From Leptogorgia sarmentosa (Eukaryota), in assembly GCA_964658305.1 (NCBI GenBank), contig OZ210885.1, forward strand, positions 12,772,001-12,836,000: a stretch of 64,000 nt of DNA, read 5' to 3'. The notes beneath the pieces were generated by a model, which did not search any database, was not told the DNA's origin, and worked only from the letters and a program-made list of their open reading frames with translations. Position numbers and translations under genes: made by a program. Of the stretch, positions 60,001 through 64,000 are shown in pieces; the first letter of the stretch is position 1; the number at the start of each line of letters is the position of its first letter.

Positions 60001-62391
60001 ACGACACAAATGGCAATGCTTGTTAATGGCCTTGGAAGCCGAATTGGTCGCAACCATGTCCAAATACACTCGTACTGCGGGTTTTCAAGATCCAACAAGC
60101 GTTTGCTATAAATAGAATTTGAGACGTACAAGCCAACACCACCACCACGGCCACACACACGATCACGTCGGTATAAACAGAAACCAGTCACAGATAAAAG
60201 TTCGTCATCGATCTCTTTACGGAACCAGGTTTCCGTAACTGCGGCTACATCAATTTTATTAACGTCCAGAAGTACCGAAAATTCATCGATTTTCGATACA
60301 AGGGATCGAGCGTTCAATAATAAAAAACGAGGCAGCCATGAGAAATTATTATTCTGTTTTCTTGGAGTACATTGCAAGGAAATAGGAAGGCAGTTTGTAT
60401 GTGCTTTGCGTACAGGTTCTTTCCTTGAGAAGCGTTTTGTAATCCTAATCGGTATTTGATTAAATTGCTCTGCCTCTGGTAAATTCATGTTATTACTTGG
60501 TGTAGTAGGTCTAGTACGGTCTATTGTTGGTAACGGGACCGAGGGTGAGGTGGATAAGTATGAACGCTCATCAAGGGCAATGGCGTCGCTTGGTGTTGAC
60601 TCGTTAAGCAAGAGACTGTATGGAGATGCGCTAGCCATTCCAAGGAGTGGTGGCGGGAGGCTGTCCGATATGACGGCTCGACACAGCGAACTTTGCGAAA
60701 AGGGGAAGTTGGAGGGGCTTGCAAGGATCGAGCTGTTTCGTTACCACTTTTTTCATTTTGGTTCGATTTTACATTAGAATTCTTGTCAGTTCGGCGGACC
60801 CTAAGGTGATTAGCCCTTTTTGGGTTTGTAAGTGAGTCGCAATTCCTATTGATCAGCACATATTCACGATCATTATTATGGCTGCCTTTATCTGTCATAT
60901 TTCGGGTTTGGTGAATAAGCCTATACTCTTTAATTTGTTGATCGAATAAAGGAGCTGGTTTCCGTGTATTTGAGTGAACAGGTATGCTGCGATTGTTGTT
61001 ATGCAAATTATAATGCTTAGTTCTATAGTCTTCTAATTGTTGATCAATTGGGGGAGACTGTTCATGTTCATTATGATAAATAGGGTCAGTATTATAGGAG
61101 CTTTGGTTGTTATTTTCTTCAACGACTTTAGTTAAATTCGCATCTTGGGAATACTCACAAACATTCGCGATCTGTTGATGGAACAAAAGATCTTTGGGGG
61201 GGTTGGCCGATTCGTCATTGTGCAGAAATTCTATGTCTTTGTCCTCATGGTTTGGAAAGGCATGTGAAATAGCCTGGGGATTAATTTGGTATGATTTAAG
61301 TATATTAAGTTCTTCTTCGAGTCTGTTCACTTGTAATTCTAAAACACACCTTTTTAATTTTTCTTCTTCCAAATCGATTTGAAGACGAGCTATTTCGCTA
61401 CTCAGACTTGCGGATGTTACCAAGGGCTGGTCAGCACACGTAATAACCGACTGCACAGAATCTACTCTGGTCTTCAGTATTTCTATCTCAAGTAGCGCAC
61501 TGTCAATTGTCTCGTTCAAGTCTCCATAACTATGCATATCGGTCACCTTTTCAGGCTTGCCGGTGAATGGATGAATACACAAATCTATCAAATATTCTTT
61601 AACTTTAGTGCCTACCGAACCGTTCAAAGTTAGTGTATTAAGTTTGCCTGGATACCAAATAGCGACGAAATCATTGCTTTTTGCATCGAATTTCTTAGAG
61701 CTACCACCGTACGAGCGCCATTTACCTTCGAGACCGAGTGCAACTTGAATGAAATCTTGTAGGGTTTCAAAGCCATCGCACCAACTCATACGTTTACCAT
61801 CATAGGCAATACTTTTAGACATCACATAATTCTTAATTTTTTGGTCATCCCATTTAATATCGACACAGTTATAACATTTGCCAGTGCTCTTAAGTGCATG
61901 AACGTCTGCCATTGTTGACGCATGAACGATTGATCGCCACACAGCGTTACTTGATACTTTGGCCAATCACAATCTACTACTCATATCTGAGTAGCTCGAC
62001 AAGCAATCGCGTGAGTTTTCACAGACTGTAGTACAGGGAAATACAGTCTGTGACACAGGCTAGTTCAGCGCCGGAGAGGGACACAATTAAAAACAAAGAT
62101 TTCACAAAATCGTCTAGGGTTAGACATTATTGAAACATCAGTCTGACGAGTATCCATCATCCGTTGTAGGGCTGAAAGTGTATTGTGTATCTACCGGAGA
62201 AAACCTGTCAACAAGTATTCCTGAGGAAGTCACGTCGCTGTGTACGACCAAAGATGGACAGTTCATTGCTACTGTTGGTCGTGTTGGATTATTTCCTGAC
62301 AAGACTATCAAGTTGTGGAAAGCCGATACACTAAATTTTGAGGCCAGTTTGTTTGGCCATACAGCTTTGGTGAGATGTGTTGTCGCAACAG
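39068..62391 (+). CDS. STAND/Apaf-1-like protein: HEPN-like N-terminal domain, coiled coil, NB-ARC, WD40 repeats (3' end outside the window)
   Basis: Phase-compatible GT-AG exons 39068-39653, 40681-40775, 42948-43152, 46141-46478, 47016-47658, 48439-48849, 52082-52330, 54793-55011, 62170-62391. Motifs RNPWAH, GMGGLGKT, LVILDDVW, LLITTR, GDLPLAL, RLHDLL, GHSNRVSCLAV...ASGSRD. Joining of exons 1-3 to the NB-ARC exons is inferred. Confidence 0.82.
42070..42825 (+). mobile_element. Degenerate Crypton-like element (family C) with coding remnant and terminal hairpin
   Basis: Remnant KRNGDEYEPDT at about 42486-42520 resembles Crypton/ZMYM DUF3504-type tyrosine recombinase proteins; palindrome 42680-42795; short inverted copy of the end at about 9500-9570. 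Confidence 0.6.
43715..44135. mobile_element. Non-autonomous hairpin-ended element (Crypton-like, family D)
   Basis: Palindrome 43720-43852 with central ccgagggcgcagcccgagg, then a segment bounded by tattatacc / ggtataata. Confidence 0.6.
45022..45382 (-). pseudogene. Orphan antisense exon remnant in an intron
   Basis: Acceptor tttctcatttcatcag, about 120 codons with one internal TAA, donor gtaag near 45021. Confidence 0.4.
45566..46002. mobile_element. hAT-type MITE
   Basis: TIR CAGTGGCGTAACG / CGTTACGCCACTG; 8-bp flanks ggggaaat / gggggaat. Confidence 0.75.
47685..48010. mobile_element. Old MITE with long imperfect inverted arms
   Basis: agttggaaatagcgtgc...tgcaaagtttaaagaa mirrored by ttcttcaaactttgca...gcacgctgtttccaact. 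Confidence 0.55.
49887..49970. repeat. (GTGTTCCG)n-like short tandem repeat
   Basis: About 8 degenerate units. Confidence 0.8.
49990..50760 (+). mobile_element. Helitron Rep (HUH) domain remnant
   Basis: IQKDPVT.ARN, FFYRVEFPERGSPHIHGL, HKHSKTCKKRGQVVCRFN; frameshifts and stops. Confidence 0.85.
51087..51572. mobile_element. hAT-type MITE
   Basis: TIR CAAGGGCG / CGCCCTTG with a perfect 8-bp TSD ATAATTGT. Confidence 0.85.
53007..53367. mobile_element. MITE
   Basis: tagggaccttaagatctac / gtagatcttaagatcccta TIR, extending imperfectly about 40 bp. Confidence 0.7.
57642..60638 (-). CDS. LINE ORF2: AP endonuclease + reverse transcriptase, 998 aa, uninterrupted
   Basis: NARS, VTETW, GGGV, YNPP, GDFN, SDH; RPISLT, QFG, DFRKAFD, GVPQG, YVDD. 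Confidence 0.95.
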   Translation of the reverse strand: MASASPYSLLLNESTPSDAIALDERSYLSTSPSVPLPTIDRTRPTTPSNNMNLPEAEQFNQIPIRITKRFSRKEPVRKAHTNCLPISLQCTPRKQNNNFSWLPRFLLLNARSLVSKIDEFSVLLDVNKIDVAAVTETWFRKEIDDELLSVTGFCLYRRDRVCGRGGGVGLYVSNSIYSKRLLDLENPQYECIWTWLRPIRLPRPLTSIAICVVYNPPDRNVHEQRDLNEYLSSSIDHVRNRYSHCGILVLGDFNRSNTRILSVRQNLKQIVSKPTRNNAILDLFLTDLHRFYSDPEILAPLGTSDHNVIVWSPLSVCAETNNTGKNENVKRTFRRYSQPALNAFGRWVSTHEWFKDVGLNPTVDNLAESLTSPLMNAIELYFPLRQVNTHVTDKPWITPYIKDLIKKRQKAFHLGDVQQWKILRNKVKAEINKRKVNFYAEKSKNLPKNNCKRWWDIVNKLSGRNKKSSKNIQLKRDGKILSDGELVSTLNTFFTSVNADIPPLATSSLPAYLPPPDVPPAIFPHQLCQKLLSLNTSKACGPDRIPARILKEFAFELAEPLASIFNKSLISGTVPSIWKDSYLTPVPKIPVPECEDDIRPISLTAILSKILEDFVVSWMLEDNGDDIDPRQFGSLKGSSATYCLLDLIHNWLKNLENPGCYLRACFLDFRKAFDRINHNFVVEKLISMNVRRSIIPWICSFLTCRRQAVKIGSTISQWLPVSAGVPQGTKLGPILFIIMINDLSLSSSRTSDWKYVDDVTFSEVVQDNNSSESQLVLDKINSWSTANDMKLNPSKCKEMIISFSSAHEPPPALSIGETLLERVDCHKVLGLPLQSNLKWNIFIENVTSKASKRLHILRVLKRNGVPNTELLTVYKALVQSVLEFCAPVWHTSIPAFLSDEIERVQRRALRILYPENHYDEALALSGCSLLSERRLLLCKKSFKKICQPTSRLNKLVPERRANLHGYELRNNESLTVPRCRTERFKRSFIPTMCFTNNL
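60521..61912 (-). CDS. LINE ORF1-position protein with a Trp/Gly-rich N-terminal domain, coiled coil and low-complexity tail
   Basis: First ATG at 61912 (MADVH); coiled coil LSSEIARLQIDLEEEKLKRCVLELQVNRLEEEL; overlaps ORF2 by 118 bp. Confidence 0.75.
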   Translation of the reverse strand: MADVHALKSTGKCYNCVDIKWDDQKIKNYVMSKSIAYDGKRMSWCDGFETLQDFIQVALGLEGKWRSYGGSSKKFDAKSNDFVAIWYPGKLNTLTLNGSVGTKVKEYLIDLCIHPFTGKPEKVTDMHSYGDLNETIDSALLEIEILKTRVDSVQSVITCADQPLVTSASLSSEIARLQIDLEEEKLKRCVLELQVNRLEEELNILKSYQINPQAISHAFPNHEDKDIEFLHNDESANPPKDLLFHQQIANVCEYSQDANLTKVVEENNNQSSYNTDPIYHNEHEQSPPIDQQLEDYRTKHYNLHNNNRSIPVHSNTRKPAPLFDQQIKEYRLIHQTRNMTDKGSHNNDREYVLINRNCDSLTNPKRANHLRVRRTDKNSNVKSNQNEKSGNETARSLQAPPTSPFRKVRCVEPSYRTASRHHSLEWLAHLHTVSCLTSQHQATPLPLMSVHTYPPHPRSRYQQ

Positions 62392-64000
62392 GTATGCAAT
62401 ACTGTATGAGTTAATATTTAATCATAACATTTTGAAGATCTTACTTCAATAGAGTCTCTTCAAAATTATATTTGTTATTTCTTTCGGATAAACCATATTC
62501 TTTATTATAAACTTCCTTTAAAAACACATTGGTTCAATAAAGCAAGGATTTGAGGGGAATATCATGTTTTGGAATAAATTTTCCCAATTATTGCACAAAA
62601 ATACCAGATTGTTTTTTATTGTAAGTTACGTTCAGCGTTCTAATATTGTAAAATTAAAAATTATGCCTAGAAAAAAAGCAATTCCTTAATTCCTTCTTTC
62701 CTTAAATGTTAGTCTGGTGGTAACCAGTGCTTTCATATGTACAAGCACTATTTTAGGACTTTCAAATTTTTAGGCTGGTTGTATTTGTATAAGCTAAGAG
62801 TATTTAAAATGGCTATTAGATTTATCTATGCTAGCTTTCTAAAAATACTTTGAGACAATTTGCTTGTGTGTATATTTCAACTGATTACCCTGTGTCATAG
62901 ACCTTAATGTATAAATTGTGATACTGTACAAGTAGATTCGAAAGACTTGGCATTTAGGGTATTGTATATTTTATTAGCGTTGAGACCTCTTGTAAGTAAT
63001 AATAGTGTGCCCTAAAAATAGAAGCAAGCTCTGAAACAAGGGCATAGGAATAAAGTTGTAGTTTGTGGGTGAGGAGAGGAGGGGGGGGGGGGGGAGGAAG
63101 AAAGAGAACAGAATCCAAACCTTTACTAATAAATGTTGCAACTTTAAATAAGTTTCAACTTTAACTTTCGATAACTTAGCAACAAGAAGACATGATATTT
63201 TTAGTTGGGAAAACTTATTACTGTATTTGCAACTTGCAATCAGCAACGCGGCATTTTGAAAAAAAAACATATAAAAGCTAGTGAATGATGGAATCCTACA
63301 AAATATTTTAGTACATTTGGGCAAATTCTCATGTCTATCAGAAAGCTGTACAAATCCTAGGCATGAAAGAAGGGCACTTTCGGAAAGTTAGGGGGGGGGC
63401 TCCTTCCAAGTGCCCCACCATCCTACGCCACTGCTCTAAAATGCATTTTATAGGGATACATCAATCAAGAACAATTCTAGCTGTTTCACATGTATCTAAT
63501 TAATGCACACGTATCGAATTGAACTACAATATATAATAGAATTCAATAACAGGAGAATGAATTGAATTGCAAGCTGACAACAGAATAAGACAGCATTTTA
63601 TACCATTTGTTTTTAACTTATGAAATTATATAGATAAAGTAACAAATGGAAACCAACATGAATGTTGTTTGTAAAGTAATATTGTTTTAGATATACTGTC
63701 CATTGCCAAGATATATAGCCAGGTTTCGTTTGACTTATCTTGTCCATCTTGACCTCAGACCCTCTTATTCCCACAGACAAAATTGATATAGTTAGACTGT
63801 TTTATAATTGTTGTGACAAACATTGTGCTGTACTGTTAGAACTTGGTAGGTTAATTGCTTGAATAAATGTGATAATAATTGAATTTAATCAGTCAATTCT
63901 CACAGCTACGTACTCAGTGACATGAAAGAGCACTTAGGTTAACAGTTAAGAGCAGTTAAACACAGTTATGTTCCCAATGATAAGTATGAATACATGTGCA

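Larger units (their letters stand above)
57461..61956 (-). mobile_element. Non-LTR retrotransposon, CR1/L2 group, two ORFs
   Basis: ORF1 + APE-RT ORF2, short 3' UTR, AATAAA followed by a (TGATA)n tail at 57483-57461. Confidence 0.9.
57182..62062. mobile_element. TIR element (AcademH-like ends) enclosing a LINE
   Basis: 106-bp imperfect TIRs 57182-57287 and 61957-62062, TAG...CTA termini, perfect 9-bp TSD GTTCAGCGC (57173-57181, 62063-62071). Confidence 0.88.

Noticed and set aside
61913..61966. TTG start for ORF1 given in the ORF track
   Set aside because: It falls in the TIR; the first ATG at 61912 is the plausible eukaryotic start.
61981..61987. TCATATC as a LINE TSD matching the tail at 57461
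   Set aside because: It lies inside the 106-bp right TIR, outside the LINE body.
62118..62169. Upstream acceptor at 62117 for the last WD40 exon
   Set aside because: It gives an in-frame TGA; the acceptor at 62169 keeps the frame.

Overview
AT-rich, intron-containing animal genomic DNA; the repeat and gene content resembles a cnidarian, probably a coral (inference). Main contents: (1) a scrambled tRNA gene/pseudogene cluster (about 8.5-15.0 kb and 23.9-24.7 kb) hit by several transposons; (2) a 3.2 kb cassette holding a complete 4-exon prefoldin subunit 4 gene (with a U12-type intron) and an intronless TPR + J-domain gene, which appears inserted into one arm of a long inverted repeat with a 6-bp duplication; (3) a near full-length but disabled AcademX DNA transposon (24760-31361); (4) a large multi-exon STAND gene (HEPN-like N-terminus, coiled coil, NB-ARC, WD40) from 39068 past the window end; (5) in one of its introns, a 4.9 kb element with 106-bp TIRs and a perfect 9-bp TSD whose interior is almost entirely an intact two-ORF LINE. 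Also Crypton-like hairpin elements, Harbinger/hAT-type MITEs, Helitron and Penelope remnants. The most striking items are the TIR-enclosed LINE, the HEPN-STAND receptor, a tRNA-Thr whose 12-nt tandem duplication has the geometry of a spliceable intron, and the captured chaperone cassette. All calls are by eye; no database searches were run.
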